From the NCBI GenBank assembly GCA_048128005.1, contig JBEUKZ010000061.1, positions 62,001 through 126,000 of the forward strand: a stretch of DNA of 64,000 nucleotides, in the 5' to 3' direction. How positions within the stretch are numbered: the stretch's first letter is position 1; each line of letters begins with the position of its first letter. This DNA comes from Veleropilina oligotropha. Taxonomy: Eukaryota. Positions 23,043-36,606 of the stretch are shown piece after piece. The notes beneath the pieces are model-generated. The model had not been told where the DNA came from. It saw only the letters and a list, made by a program, of their open reading frames with translations, and made no database searches. The position numbers and the translations under genes are program-made.

Positions 23043-23750
23043 AAAATGGCGGAACAAATCAATGGATTTCTCATAAGAAGTTATCAAAATATACCTGGCA
23101 ACTCAAGTTGAGGTCTTATTCGATCAGCTTGACACAGCCTGGAAGCTCAAATATACTTTTCACAAATATAAGGCGGGAAATATACACATAAAATAATTTC
23201 CATCCAAGTTTTGTCAAAGGGCCAGTCCCGAAAATTACTTGTATTGAAACTGGCGACAGCGAGACTACTCGGCGATTCACGGAAACATTGACACAAATAT
23301 TTCTACACGCTTACATTTTCTGCAATGAAATGCGCCTACTTCAGCATTAAGAGCTCATTTCTGCGGTCACTATTACTTACCCTCTGTTTGCTTCCGCAAA
23401 ATGGAACTGTTGTTAAGGAATATGTGTTGTAGAAGGAAAACGACGCAAAACAATATGGAACTTAATGAGAAGGCGGATGAAAAACAGGATATTACGTTCG
23501 CTCCGGTCAGTCAGTGCGCTGGTTCTGTGACGTCATCGATTCTGGCGACAGCATGGCGGCGGCTTGACCTAGCCTAAGAAAAGAGATTAAAGTTTGATGT
23601 GTAGGTCAATATTTCCCCGATTAAGTGAAGGGGACAATTTTAATTTATTAAATTTATTAGGACATCACAATTGAACTTTCAAAGAGGAGGAAGATAGCTT
23701 TTGAGACATTTCCTTTTTGTGCGGGCTACGGCAATACTGAATAGATAAGT
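23043..23750. promoter_or_regulatory. Candidate bidirectional promoter and first non-coding exons of SMAD1/5 (-) and GSTCD (+)
   Basis: Non-repetitive, locally CpG-richer stretch. Full CRE TGACGTCA at 23528-23535, YY1-like AAAATGGCGG at 23043, minus-strand donor GAGG|GTAAGT at 23380, plus-strand donor GTGAGT at 23749. Confidence 0.4.
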
Positions 23751-26441
23751 GAGTTCTGTCGGTTTACTCAACACAATATATATGGAGTCCAAATATTGAA
23801 GCAGGTTCGTTGAGAGAGAAGAGCTTGTATTTGTGGTATTTTATTGCCACATGCTGCCGCTATGTAAACACAAAACCTGTTTGAGTGAAAATGCATTTCC
23901 ATATGTTTTGGCGACCCTTTTTGGGGATTTCAAAGATAGTGTTGTGTGGTCCATGAGGAACAGAAACATAAAAGCAATTTCACACTTGGATTATGTAAGC
24001 AAAGCATAATAACAGACTGTCAGTGTAGCACCATGACAGCGACTGTGTTTTGTGATGTTTATATAGTCTGCTTTGGTGGTCACATTTGTGATATAAGTGG
24101 GTTGTGACGAATTGATATTAATTAAAGTGGACGATTAGCATATGATAGGATATAATATATATATAATAGGCTATATATATAATATAATATATATATAGGC
24201 CCTATATAGGTGGACTCGTACTCCTATAAAAATCCTCAATAGTGACTCTGACATAATAGTGGCCCCATATCCGGAGCCACTATTGTTTCGAGTTCATAAA
24301 AGTAGAAATCCAATGTTGTAGGTACCGGTAATCGATATAATGAGTTAAAAATTATGCAGTTTATTACTGAATTTAAATGTCTGCAGTCAACATTTAATGT
24401 ATGTATTTATTAAAATAAAATAAATCTGACTTCAATATGACAGAGCGTATACATAGGTGTGTATAAATCCGCAATAGAGGCACCGATGCTTTATAAAGCA
24501 ATTTAAGCCCAAATTTGACCATATATTATGTTGTTTTATTACAGGTATATTCTTAAATTTAACTGGCTGGCGTTTTTTTACTATTTTTATTAATTTAACA
24601 TAGCATGAATATTTTCATACTAGGTAGTATCGTATAAAACAACAGAGGCTCTGCACAATATCATATTATGTATACATTAAATGCAAGATTATAATACACA
24701 ATTTAATGGCCTAAATCGCCATTATGTAAAATAAGATTTGAGTTCATGTTTATTTTACGCGTAACACATGTTTTACAATGGTGCCACTATTGTGGATTTT
24801 TTGTACATGGAGCCTCTATTGGGGCAGTATCGCTTTGAAGTTTTCTTGAAGAGTGATTGAGATTCTAATATGAATGGAACTGTCCAGTTAAAAGACCGGG
24901 GTGCCAATATAAAAGAATGCAGGCGGTGGTCAGGTAATTTCTGAGCTAGTAACCGGCGAGATCACATCGAATAATCGACATATGATTGGTTGGCAAATTG
25001 TGGAAACAAGACTGCGACTTTGATTGACACTCACATAACAAAAGACATACCTAATTACCCTCGCCTCCGGAGGAGAGGCGATGGTATTGCAATCAGCTAG
25101 CCTATGTATGTATGTATGTCCATTCGCATAACTCGAAAACTATTGATCCGATTTATTTGAAATTTTTACACAAGGTAGGGTTTGAATTCTTTATGGCTCT
25201 GTCCTCCTCAAAGAGTGTCCGGATTGTGATCCGGGTTCGGATTTTATGACTATATCCGGTTTACACATTTTCGGCTGTAAGTACTACGTTAAAACGCTTC
25301 ATCGTACAAACTTCAAAATAGGCTCAAAATATTCTTTAGATGAGGGGCCAATGACAACGTGAATTAAATAGAATCTATCTCACACAAGAATGCCACCAGA
25401 GGGATTTAAAATTTAAACAAGAACAACGTGTTAGGATTATGTCTTGACCTTTGTCTGCTTTGACCGTCTGTTGTATGTTAGTGTACATTAAATATCATTA
25501 TACAATCTAACATATTCATATGATGTATTTACTTCCAACGCATAATTTTCTGACGGATGAGAATTTAATTAGATGACGTCACTAATTATGACGTCATAAA
25601 TGAGTCGCATTATAATGACGTCATATGAAAGTTATATACACGACCTACAAATAGTCTTGGGAATGTATATACCAATTTTGGTAAAAATTGGTCTGGTAGT
25701 TTTCAAATAAATAGACGGATATATATATATGTATTATATATATATATACACACGGACCATTTGATAATGTCTTGTCCTTTTTTACAAAAAGGTCAAGTCA
25801 TAAAAATAGGGGTCAATTTTTAATTTCGCCAAATTGAATTAAATTATGTAAATTCATTATGCAAATCATAGTCGTGATGAAATGATATTGATATCATGAA
25901 AATATTTAGAAAAAAATGTGAAATGTGAACTTTATAAGCAATTTAGAAATCAACCAACGCAAATTTCAAAAAATGCCGTAAATATGTAACCACTGAAACC
26001 AGACACCTCAAATCTTTACGAAGTGACAGAGTGGGACATTATCTACAATTATCACATGAAAAAGCTGTTATGCAACCCCTAAGCCCATTTCATAAATTCA
26101 ATATGATCACCCGTTACATAAGTATGCAAATGAGGGCATGCATCTTCTGTCGCATCTGGTGTGAAATTAATTGGGTGGCGCATCACCATAATTGACATAT
26201 TACATAATTCATATGCGTTGAGTAGTCGATTACTGACAAAACACATGTTGAACTATTTTTTATTGGGGTACTGGCGTGGCGCATGCTTTCGAGGCGTGAT
26301 GCGTCTCAGGCATGGCAATTTATGGCTAAAAGTACTGACAGAAATTAATTTTTAAACGTAAAGAAATGAGTTTAAAAATGCAATAAAATAAGTTTAAAGG
26401 TATATAAAGTCATGTGATAAAGAAGATATCAAACTTGTTTC

Positions 26442-26545
26442 CATTTCATATGAGAATTATGAAACTCATCAGCAAATTTATGTACCTCACCAAGGCTCCG
26501 TACATAAATTGTGCCCGAATCGTTTCATAATTCTCATATGAAATG
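26442..26545. repeat. ~100-bp palindrome at the end of a dispersed repeat (second, inverted copy at ~59245-59345)
   Basis: CATTTCATATGAGAATTATGAAAC...AATTTATGTAC...GTACATAAATT...GTTTCATAATTCTCATATGAAATG. Confidence 0.75.
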
Positions 26546-26943
26546 TACACTCGTTTGAGAACCTCTGTCTCTTATCGATATACTTTGTGTTTGAGCGAAT
26601 TTGTAGCAATAATTTTTGTCCCGAAGTCAAAATCGTCGAGATGTTGCGATATTTGTGATAGCTCTTTAAATACTGCTAATGCAATGATATAATTTACTCC
26701 ATTAAGCATCTATCTTTCTTGAAAATTTCAGGTATATTGCTTTAGTAACTATTGAGTTATTGCGAGTTAAGTATTGTCAACTTTGGCAACATTTGCATAT
26801 ACAAAAATGTAACACCAAATATAAATAGCCTAAATTAGCTGTAGTCATCCGACTGTGTGTATGGCGCAAACGGTTAAGGCATTGGCGAAAGATCTAGAGG
26901 TCAGGGGTTCGATTCCCGTTACCTCCAAAATAATATTTTTTAT

Positions 26944-27874
26944 TAGCTCGACTATTCTAGAATAGTACGAGCTATTGCAGTCACCCTGTCGCCGGCGTCG
27001 GCGTCAAACTTCAGGTTAACATTTTGCATGAAGGGTCTTTTCTCACAAAGTTTTCAAACTACAACTTTCAAACTTCATACACTTGTTCAATGTCATTATG
27101 CGACCTTACATATTAGGCGTAATAACTCTGGCTTCGTTGTTTTACCAAATTATTCCCCTTTTTCGACTTAGACAATTCAGGTTAATGTTTTGCATGAAGG
27201 GTGTTTTCTCACAATTTTTTCACACTACACCTTTCAAACTTCATACACTTGTTCAACGTCATTATGCGACCTTACATTACAGGCGTAATAAATGTGGCTT
27301 CGTTGTTTTACCAAATTATTCCCCTTTTTCGACTTAGACAATTCAGGTTAACGTTTTGCATGAAGGGTCTTTTCTCACAGATTTTTCACACTACACCTTT
27401 CATCAAACTTGATACACTTGTTCAACATCATTATGCGACATTACAGGCGTAATAACTATGGCTTCATTGTTTTGCCAAATTATTCCCCTTTTTCGACTTA
27501 GACAATTAAGGTTAATGTTTTGCATGAAGGGCCTTTTCTCACAAAGACAACTTCAGGTTAACATTTTGCATGAAGGGTATTTTCTCACAAATTTTTCACA
27601 CTACACCTTTCAAACTTCATACACCTGTTCAATGTCATTATGCAACCTTACATTACATGCGTAATAACTCTGGCTTCGTTGTTTTTACCAAATTATTTCC
27701 CTTTTTCGACTTGGACAATTCAGGTTAATGTTTTGCATGAAGGGTCTTTTGTCACAAATTTTTCACACTACACCAATACAACTTTCAAACTTCTTGCAGT
27801 TGCATTCATTATGGCATTTTCATCGATCCAGCTTTTGATAGTCGAGCATGCTGTCCTTCCGACAGCTCTTGTTT
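26944..27874 (+). mobile_element. HINE-like (Helentron-associated) element, family A, with ~166-bp central repeats
   Basis: 5' hairpin TAGCTCGACTATT..AATAGTACGAGCTA, GGCGTC microsatellite, tandem units, 3' subTIR ATAGTCGAGC plus stem-loop GCTGTC..GACAGC, T-rich flanks. Confidence 0.8.
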
Positions 27875-27896
27875 AAATTTTGTTATTCCTTATTTT

Positions 27897-28864
27897 TATG
27901 CCCGCGCCGAAGGCCGAAGGGCATATTGTTTCTGCTCCGTCCGGCGTCACGGCGTCCGGCGTCAACATTTTGGTTAAAAATTTTCATTGAGTCTAATGGG
28001 TTGTTCAAGTGACCTTTTTGGCATATGTATGCTTTGATATTGGTTAAAGGGATGTCACCTGATTCTCTGGCAGTGATATTTAAAGTTTTTGGTTAAAGTT
28101 TTTCATTGAGTGGATATGGGTTATTTAAGCTACGTTTTGGCATATCTATTCTTTGTTATTGGTTATATGGATATCATCTGATACTTTGGAAATTATATTT
28201 AATAAAATTTAATATAATTAAAGGTAATATGGTAGCATTTTTGGACATAGAAATTTTGGTGAATTTTAAGTTTTTGGTTAAGTGAATATGAGTTGTTGAT
28301 TTGAGATTTTGGCATATATATGCTTTGTTATTGGTTATATGGATGTCATCATATACTCTGGCAATGATATTTAATAAAATTTAATTTAATTAATTAAAAT
28401 ATGGTAATCTTTTCGGACATAGAAATTTGATAAACTATGTAATAATTATATTCATGTTAGGTGAATTTCACCTATGACAGGGTTTGCATGTAATTCAATG
28501 TCATTAAAGATATTGAAGTGGACTTCGGATTTTAATGTTTATTAGAACACTGCTGAAAGTGGTAAACATGGTTTTTGTATGATAACAACGAAGCATCTAT
28601 TACCGGCTAGCCCACTGTGTGTAATGAGCTCAGTCGTGGGTGCCGGCTGGCTCAATGGATATATCAGATATTCTAGATTTTAAGTATAAATAGAAGTTTA
28701 TGTGGACATTATTTGCACTTATTTTAATACATATACTTATCCTATCACCTTTGATATATCACTAGCTATTTTGGCGGTGATATTGCAATTTATATGGTTA
28801 TATTTAATATTATTTGGTGTCTACGCGAGGGCATTTTTGTGGCGTGCCACAACTTTATTCTAGT
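27897..28864 (+). mobile_element. HINE-like element, family B
   Basis: 5' TATGCCCGCGCCGAAGG..GGGCATA, GTCCG repeats, 3' GGGCAT plus GTGGC.GCCAC stem-loop plus CTAGTT. Confidence 0.7.
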
Positions 28865-28867
28865 TTT

Positions 28868-30653
28868 TAACCCCAGCTTAAAAAAAAGCTGGGGTTATTG
28901 TCATCGCCCGAGGCGGTCGGGCGGGCGGGCGGACGGGCGGCTCATGTTGTCCGGCCTATATCTCGGCTACCAAACATGTTACCTTGATTTCATATGGTAT
29001 GCTAACTACCCTTATCATACGCTAGTGCATGGCGGCGAAATTTCACGTGAATGACCTTTGACCTTGCGGCAATGACCTTTGACCCTTAAATTTTGTCCGG
29101 GCTGGTTCTCGGAGACCAAACATGTTAGCCGTCTAATTTTTTTTGTACATGTGTTCCCTATACCTAAAACCTGTGCATGGCAGTAAAATTTGGATCATTT
29201 GACCTTTGACCTCTGCGTAGTGACCTTCACAAATTTTCTATATTTAGATTTTTTAAATTTTTCGTAATTGTTTTATTTTTCGGGGCCAAACTATTCCTTT
29301 AGGGTTAGTACATCATATAACAAATACGAAAAATGGCATTTGGTCAAAGGTCAAGGTCACAGACGTCAAAATATACTCACAATTTTCAATGTTGTCCGGC
29401 CTATTTCTCGGCTACCAAACATGTTACCTTGATTTCATGTTTTAAGCTAACTACCCTTGTCATACGCTAGTGCATGGTGGCGAAATTTCACGTGAATGAC
29501 CTTTGACCTTGCGGCAATGACCTTTGACCCTTAAATTTTGTCCGGGCTGGTTCTCGGAGACCAAACATGTTAGCCTTCTAATTTTTTTTTAGATGTGTTC
29601 CCTATACTGAAAACCTGTGCATGGCAGTAAAATTTTGATCATTTGACCTTTGACCTCTGCGTAGTGACCTTCACAAATTTTCTATATTTAGATTTTTTAA
29701 ATTTTTCGTAATTGTTTTATTTTTCGGGGCCAAACTATTCCTTTAGGGTTAGTACATCATATAACAAATACGAAAAATGGCCTTTGGTCAAAGGTCAAGG
29801 TCACAGAGGTCAAAATATACTCACAATTTTCAATGTTGTCCGGCCTATTTCTCGGCTACCAAACATGTTACCTTGATTTCATGTTTTAAGCTAACTACCC
29901 TTGTCATACGCTAGTGTATGGTGGCGAAATTTCACGTGAATGACCTTTGACCTTGCGACAATGACCGTTGACCCTTAAATTTTGTCCGGGCCGGTTCTCG
30001 GAGACCAAACATGTTAGCCTTCTCATTTTTTCTTATATGTGTTGCCTATACTTCAAACCTGTGCTTGGAAGTAAAATTTTGATCATTTGACCTTTGACCT
30101 CTGCGTAGTGACCTTCACAAGTTTTCTATATTTAGATTTTTTTAATTTTTCGTAATTTTTTTATTTTTCGGGGCCAAACTATTCCTTTAGGGTTAGTACA
30201 TCATATAACAAATACGAAAAATGGCCTTTCGTCAAAGGTCAAGGTAACAGAGGTCAAAATATATTCGCAATTTGCAATGTTGTCCGGTCTATATCTCGGC
30301 TACCAAACATGTTACCTTGATTTCATATGGTATGCTAACTACCCTATCATACGCTAGGCCATGGTGGCGAAATTTCATATGAATGACCTTTGACATTGCG
30401 GCAATGACCTTTGACCCTTAAATTTTGTCCGGGCCGGTAATGGCCTTTGGTCAAAGGTCAAGGTCACAGAGGTCTGAATATACTCACAATTTTTTCTTTC
30501 TTTTAAATTATTTTTTCATCCAAACTTCTTCATGATGGACAGTTAGCACAGTGTTTAGCCAAGGGCTACTGGCAAGGTCAAGATCACAGATTTTATATGG
30601 CAGTCTGATTGCTATATAAGGCTGGGGTTCCTGATAGCCGGGCGGCTGTCTAT
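28868..30653 (+). mobile_element. HINE-like element, family C, with ~444-bp central repeats
   Basis: 5' hairpin AACCCCAGCTT-A6-AAGCTGGGGTT, GGGC microsatellite, units at ~28945, 29390, 29834 and 30278, 3' GCTGGGGTT plus GATAGCCG..CGGCTGTC. Confidence 0.8.
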
Positions 30654-30856
30654 TTTTATAATTTGTGATTACATTTTATGATTGTATCATGTTTAGAAAT
30701 ATGGATCGTAGACATTTCTGACTTTCACCATAGTCTTCCTTGGCCCGTGACGAGGGTTTGCAATCTCCTCTAATTGCTCTTGTTACTGTGATGCAATGAT
30801 GTGTTTTTTTAATGTAGGCAATTAACTTCACAGACAAGCTTGAATAACTGATGACG

Positions 30857-31188
30857 GAAGGTCACGCCTCAAAGCGCAGGGATCTCCTACCTACCGGGGA
30901 AGGTCACGCCTCAAAGCGCAGGGCTCTCCTACCTACCGGGGAAGGTCACGCCTCAAAGCGCAGGGCTCTCCTACCTACCGGGGAAGGTCACGCCTCAAAG
31001 CGCAGGGCTCTCCTACCTACCGGGGAAGGTCACGCCTCAAAGCGCAGGGCTCTCCTACCTACCGGGGAAGGTCACGCCTCAAAGCGCAGGGCTCTCCTAC
31101 CTACCGGGTGGTTACAGACTCCGGCCTTAAGGTCACGCCTCAAAGCGCAGGGCTCTCCTACCTACCGGGTGGTTACAGACTCCGGCCT
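30857..31188. repeat. 42-bp minisatellite
   Basis: GAAGGTCACGCCTCAAAGCGCAGGGCTCTCCTACCTACCGGG, ~7 copies; the last two carry an extra TGGTTACAGACTCCGGCCTT. Confidence 0.95.
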
Positions 31189-32076
31189 TTAATTTTGCTA
31201 TCACAGCATTAAATGAGTGAAATGACCCCTTGTATTTAGAAGCAAAATTTACAAAATGTCCTGTATCCTTTCTCACAGATTGCTCATTCTACCATCTAAA
31301 TTAATTCAAAGGCATGTGATCTGTATGTCGTCCTGATCTGGTAGAGATGATAATCAAACAGTATTTCTGACTAATTGTTAACCCCAGCTTAAAAAAAGCT
31401 GGGGTTATTGTCATCGCCCGAGGCGGGCGGACGGGCGGTTCATGTTGTCCGGCCTATATCTTGGCTACCAAACATGTTACCTCGATTTCATATGGTATGC
31501 TAACTACCCTTATCATACGCTAGTGCATGGTGGCGAAATTTCATGTCAAGGACCTTTGACCTTGCGGCAATGACCTTTGACCCTTAAATTTTGTCCGGAC
31601 CGTTTCTCGGAGACCAAACATGCTAGCCTTCTAATTTTGTTTTAGGTGTGGTGCCTATAATACAAAGCTGTGCATGGCTGTACAATTTTGCTCCTTTGAC
31701 CTCTGCATAGTGACCTTCACAAATTTTCTATATTTAGAATTTTTTTATTTTTCGTCTTGTTAATTCTTTGGTGCCACACTATTTCTTTAGGGTTAGTACA
31801 TCATATAACAAATACGAAAAATGGCCTTTGGTCAAAGGTCAAGGTCACAGAGGTCAAAATGTACGCACAATTTTCAGACTTTGTGAGACTATAGCCTGCC
31901 CATTATGATAGCTATATGGAGACATATTATGACATATGGACTACCCTTATCATACTCTAGATCATGGTGGGTAATATTTCACAGGAATGATTTTTGACCT
32001 TGCCACAATAACCTTTGACCGTGAAATTTTGTCCGGGCTGCTTCTCGGAGACTCAGCATGGTAGCCTTTTAATTTT

Positions 32077-33866
32077 TATGCCCCCTAAACGAAGTTTGGG
32101 GGCATATAGTGTTGCACACGCCCGTCCGTCCGTCTGAACTTCGTTTCCGGGCTATAACTTTAGAATGCCTACATGGATTTAAATGAAATTTGGTATGCAA
32201 GTGTAGGATCATAATAGCCAAGTCAAGTTCGATTACGGTAACATTCCGAATTTCCATTCAGGAGTTATGCCGCTTGATTCACTTTGAAACATTTTTTCAT
32301 TTCCGGACGTTAACTTCAGAATGCCTACATGGATTTGCATTAAATTTGGTATTCACGTGTATGATCAAAATACCGAAGTCAAGTTCGATTACGGTAACAT
32401 TCCGAATTTCCATTAAGGAGTTATGCCCCTTGATTCACTTTGAAACATTTTTTCATTTCCGGACGGTAACTTCAGAATGCCTTCATGGATTTTCATTAAA
32501 TTTGGTATTCATGTGTATGATCATAATACCGATATCAAGTTTGATTTCGGTAACATTCCGATTCTCCATAAAGGATTTATGCCCCTTGATTCACTTTGAC
32601 ACATTGTTTCATTTCCGGGCGGTAACTTCAGAATGCCTTCATGGCTTTGCATTAAATTTGGTATTCACGTGTATGATCATAATACCGAAGTGAAGTTCGA
32701 TTTCGGTAACATTCCGAGTTTCCATTAAGGAGTTATGCCCCTTGATTCACTTGGAAACATTTTTTCATTTCCGGGCGGTAACTTGAGAATGCCTTCATGC
32801 ATTTACATTAATTTTGGTATTCACGTGTATGATTGTAATGGCTAAGTGCAGTGCGATTTCGGTAAAATTTCCATGTTCCATAAGGCAGTTATACCCTTCA
32901 TTCACTTGGAAACTTTTTTCATTTCGTGGTGGTAACTTCAGAATGCCATCATGGATTTAAAATTTGATATTCATGTGTATGATCATAATAGCTAAGTGGA
33001 GTTAGATTTCGGTGACATTCCGCCTTCACATAAGGGAATTATGTCCCTTCATCAACATGCGGCCGCTTCAGCAGCGCAGTGGGTAGAGTGTCCACTCTAA
33101 ATTCACTGGCTTGATTCCGCTAATGCGAACAGTAGTGGGTTCAATACCTGGCTGAGGCATTGAAATTTGTTCAAGTTATGAATCACAGTTGTCCGTGACT
33201 GGCCGAAGAGGGCGGGTTTACCCGGGCGACCGGGGTTTCCTCCCGCGATAACACGGACATGTCCTGCCTTGAACCTCGATGTTGTAAATATACAGGACAT
33301 TAAGCATCATTCCTCCCTCCTCCCTCCCTCATCAACATGCATTTTTTTTCCCATTTTCGGCCGATAACTTGATAATGCCTTCATGGATATAAATTACATT
33401 TGGTATACATGTGTAATATCATTGGAAACAAATTTTATGCCCGGTCCCCTGCAAAACGAAGTATGGAGAGCATTTATTGAACATTACACATGTTTGTCTC
33501 TCGAATGAATGCTTTAGATTCTGCGCTATATTAAGGCATTCATGGATTCAAATTAAATTAATTTGATATACACATGTATATCAGAATATCTGAGTGGAGT
33601 TTCATTTCTATAAATTCCCAACTTCATTTAGGAGACATAGGACATTAATTATTAATTTAATTTTGTTTTCTATTCTGCACGATAACTTTTGAATACATTC
33701 ATGGAATGAAACTGTATTTGGAATATAGGTGTATTCTTATTCATACATTGTTAAATGCGTAAATTCAATGTTAAGAGAGTTATTGCTACCGTATTCACTT
33801 CAAATTTCTTTCATTCCTGGCAGTTGTTTCAGAGGGGGCATTCGTGTCACTCTGACATATCTAGTT
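32077..33866 (+). mobile_element. HINE-like element, family D, with 156-bp central repeats
   Basis: 5' TATGCCCCC..GGGGGCATA, GTCC microsatellite, units at ~32145, 32301, 32457, 32613 and 32769, 3' GGGGGCATTCGTGTCA..TGACATATCTAGTT. Inserted into a T-run. Decayed copy at ~35829-36391. Confidence 0.8.
33061..33328 (+). mobile_element. tRNA-derived SINE nested in family D
   Basis: GCAGTGGGTAGAG A-box, GGTTCAATACC B-box, CCTC-rich tail, 12-bp TSD TCATCAACATGC at 33049-33060 and 33329-33340. Confidence 0.88.
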
Positions 33867-34420
33867 TTTAGATATCTTGCCTATAACCCAAAGCTGTGCA
33901 TGGCACTAAAATGTTTGTCATTTGGCCTTTGACCTTCACAAATTTACATATTTTCATAATTCGTAAACATTTTTTTTCATTTTTCCGAACCTCTTTCTGT
34001 AGGGTTAGTACATCATGTAACAGACAGAAAATGACCTTTGATCAAATGTCAAGGTCACAGAGGCCAACCTTTTTCATGATGGACAGTTAGCACAGTCAGT
34101 GTTTAGCCAAGGGCTACTGGCAACATGAAGATCACAGATTTTATATGGCAGTCTGATTGCTATATAAGGCTGGGGTTCCTGATAGCCGGGCGGCTGTCTA
34201 TTTTTTAATTAAGTGATCGTTAAACATATTGTGCCAACTAACCAGGATCCTTTCTGAAAGGTTACCAGCAGCGAAATAATTATCGCTCCATTTGTCTTTA
34301 GCGCATAAAATGTTTGCGTTGTCATTGATTATTTCCTTATAAATATATTTCAGGTATCTAGGACAGTCAAGACGATTCAAATGAACTTGATAAGAAGCTA
34401 ACACACCTCACCTGGCCATC

Positions 34421-34592
34421 ATGGACGAATCAACGCTATACCTTGCAGGGAAGGAGTTCAGCGGCAAGGTTCATCTGTCTCACCAGTCGCATGCTGTGGT
34501 GTTTCTTCTTGCCTACTGTCGGATGGACAACGTCCGAGTGGTGTTGGTGGACAGGAAACTAGAGACAGTTGTAATGAGGAGCGCCTGTTTAG
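34421..34592 (+). CDS. GSTCD: GSTCD coding exon 1
   Basis: GCCATCATGG start; MDESTLYL...VVFLLAYC matches the GSTCD N-terminus; acceptor at 34353; phase-1 donor. Confidence 0.8.
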
Positions 34593-36421
34593 GTATATAT
34601 TTGTTTAATATCCCACTTTAACAGCCTTCAAAGTCATACCAGGACTTGTTTATAATAACGTCGGAAAAGTCGATCGCCTGGGAAAACATGCTTGCACTGG
34701 TTAGCTAACCAATTCAATGCTTAATGTCCTGTATGTTTACAACCATCGGGCTCCAGCCAGGACATGTCCGTATTAATTTAGGATGGAAGTCTGATGACAG
34801 AGTAGTTTCCCGTGGGATACCCGCCGTCTCCGGCCAGTTACAGACAAATCTGATTGATAGCTGAACATGGAATCCCACTGCACCAACCCAGATTCGAACC
34901 CACTCCTGATAGGTGGCGCAATCGAGGCAGTGATTTCAGTGTCGGCACTCGACCACACGGCTACTGGAGCGGACTTGCACAGGTTAGTTGTGAATAAAGT
35001 GACTGTTTAGTGTTAACTACGCTCAGCGCTTGCCCGAGGATTCGACCCCACTCTTGTCAATAAGCAGGCATGCAATTAGTAGTAACCACTTGCTGCCTCG
35101 TAAATTTATGTATTGTTGCGAGTGATTTATAGGCATTTTCAATGTTACGGAAAAGTGGAAAATAGAATTTTAATTGAATCGTGTAGTTTTCAGCCACATT
35201 TTAATAACTATATTTCACTCGTAATGTGGTCGACCTGGGTGAAATTGAATTCGGCGCTGTTAAAGTATGGTTATGTGTAAAAATGGAATGCTGTGATGTC
35301 TAAATGAATGTTACATGATACATCACAAAAAACATATCATGTATTTCGTAACGGGAGTTCCATATTTGTGTGAACTGAACAAGGTGAACAAAATCAAAGG
35401 GACATAACTCTCAGTATATAGCATCATATACCTCTCAGTATATAGCATTATCAATTTGCTTTCAGTCGCTATAACAGAATAACACTCTCACTTCATAATT
35501 ATACTTGGCGCGTATCGTGGAAGTTCAAGGATTATATTCTATGCTGAAATTGAAAGAAAATTACATTTTTATATCTCCGAATAATAGTCGAGGTTACAAC
35601 GCTGTTGCCTCTATTTGACTTGTTTTCTTCGCATAATTTCGTATGTTCGCTGAACTTCGCTGTACAGTCAACATTTATAATCCGATTAGCTTAAAATTTG
35701 GAATGTACATTAGTTAGGATAAGTTAACGGGGTCGTGGTGGAAGGGGGGATACACTCCCTTGAGTTTTGGGTTTTAGGATTTTGACAGATTCTGTTACTG
35801 CCACATGTAACATTTGAAAATTTTTTCTTATGCCCCTGTAAACGAAGTTAAAATTCTGACTTCATGTAAGCAATTATGGCCCTTGATTTCACTTACAGTA
35901 CAAAATTTCCGGGTTATAACTTGAGAATGCACTGATGGAATTTAATTAAATTTGGTATTCAAATGTATGATCATAATATCAAGGTGGAGTTCTATTTCGG
36001 CAGAATTTTTGATGTTACTAAAGAGGAGTAATGGGCCTTGATTCACTTAGAATATTTTTTATTTCCGGGTGAACAACTTGAATGCCTTTATGGATTGATT
36101 TAAATTAGGTATTGAAGTGTATGAACGCAGTATCTATGTGGAGTTTGATTTCGGTAAAATCCTATGTCACTTTATGGCCCTTGATTCACTTTTTTAGAAA
36201 AAAATTTCATGCCATTCATGGAATTAAATTATATTTAGTATGCAAGTATGCAATCAGAATATCTAGGTGGAGTTCGATTTCGGTAAAATTCAAATGTCGC
36301 TTAAGTGAGATATGGCTGTTCTCTTAGAATTTTCAAATTTCTGGGCAATAATTTCACCGGGGGCATTCGTGTCAATCTGATGTATCTAGTTATTTATTAA
36401 ATACATAGATATTGTTTTCAG

Positions 36422-36606
36422 ATTTTCTGAAGAACCATGTCTACTCCTCTGGGTCTGACATTCCCGAAGTTGTGCAGAATTGCGACTTTCCTGCTGTTTT
36501 TGATGCTCGGAATAGCATGATGCGCTCAGGACTTTGCGGGACTTTCCGCCATGTCGTCGCAATGGCTCATAATAGTGATTCCAGTTTAAAGCTCAAGGAC
36601 TTGCTA
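36422..36606 (+). CDS. GSTCD: GSTCD coding exon 2
   Basis: IPEVVQNCDFPAV...RSGLCGTFRH...KDLL; AG/GT boundaries; phases consistent. Confidence 0.88.

Larger units (their letters stand above)
31379..34201 (+). mobile_element. Second family-C HINE-like element, interrupted by family D
   Basis: Same 5' hairpin and 3' end as 28868-30653; the unit sequence resumes after 33867. Confidence 0.8.

Noticed and set aside
26850..26927. Possible tRNA gene
   Set aside because: Has A/B-box-like motifs but no convincing acceptor or anticodon stems; more likely a SINE head remnant.
30851..31192. 113-aa repetitive ORF
   Set aside because: Product of the 42-bp minisatellite; no splice or homology support.
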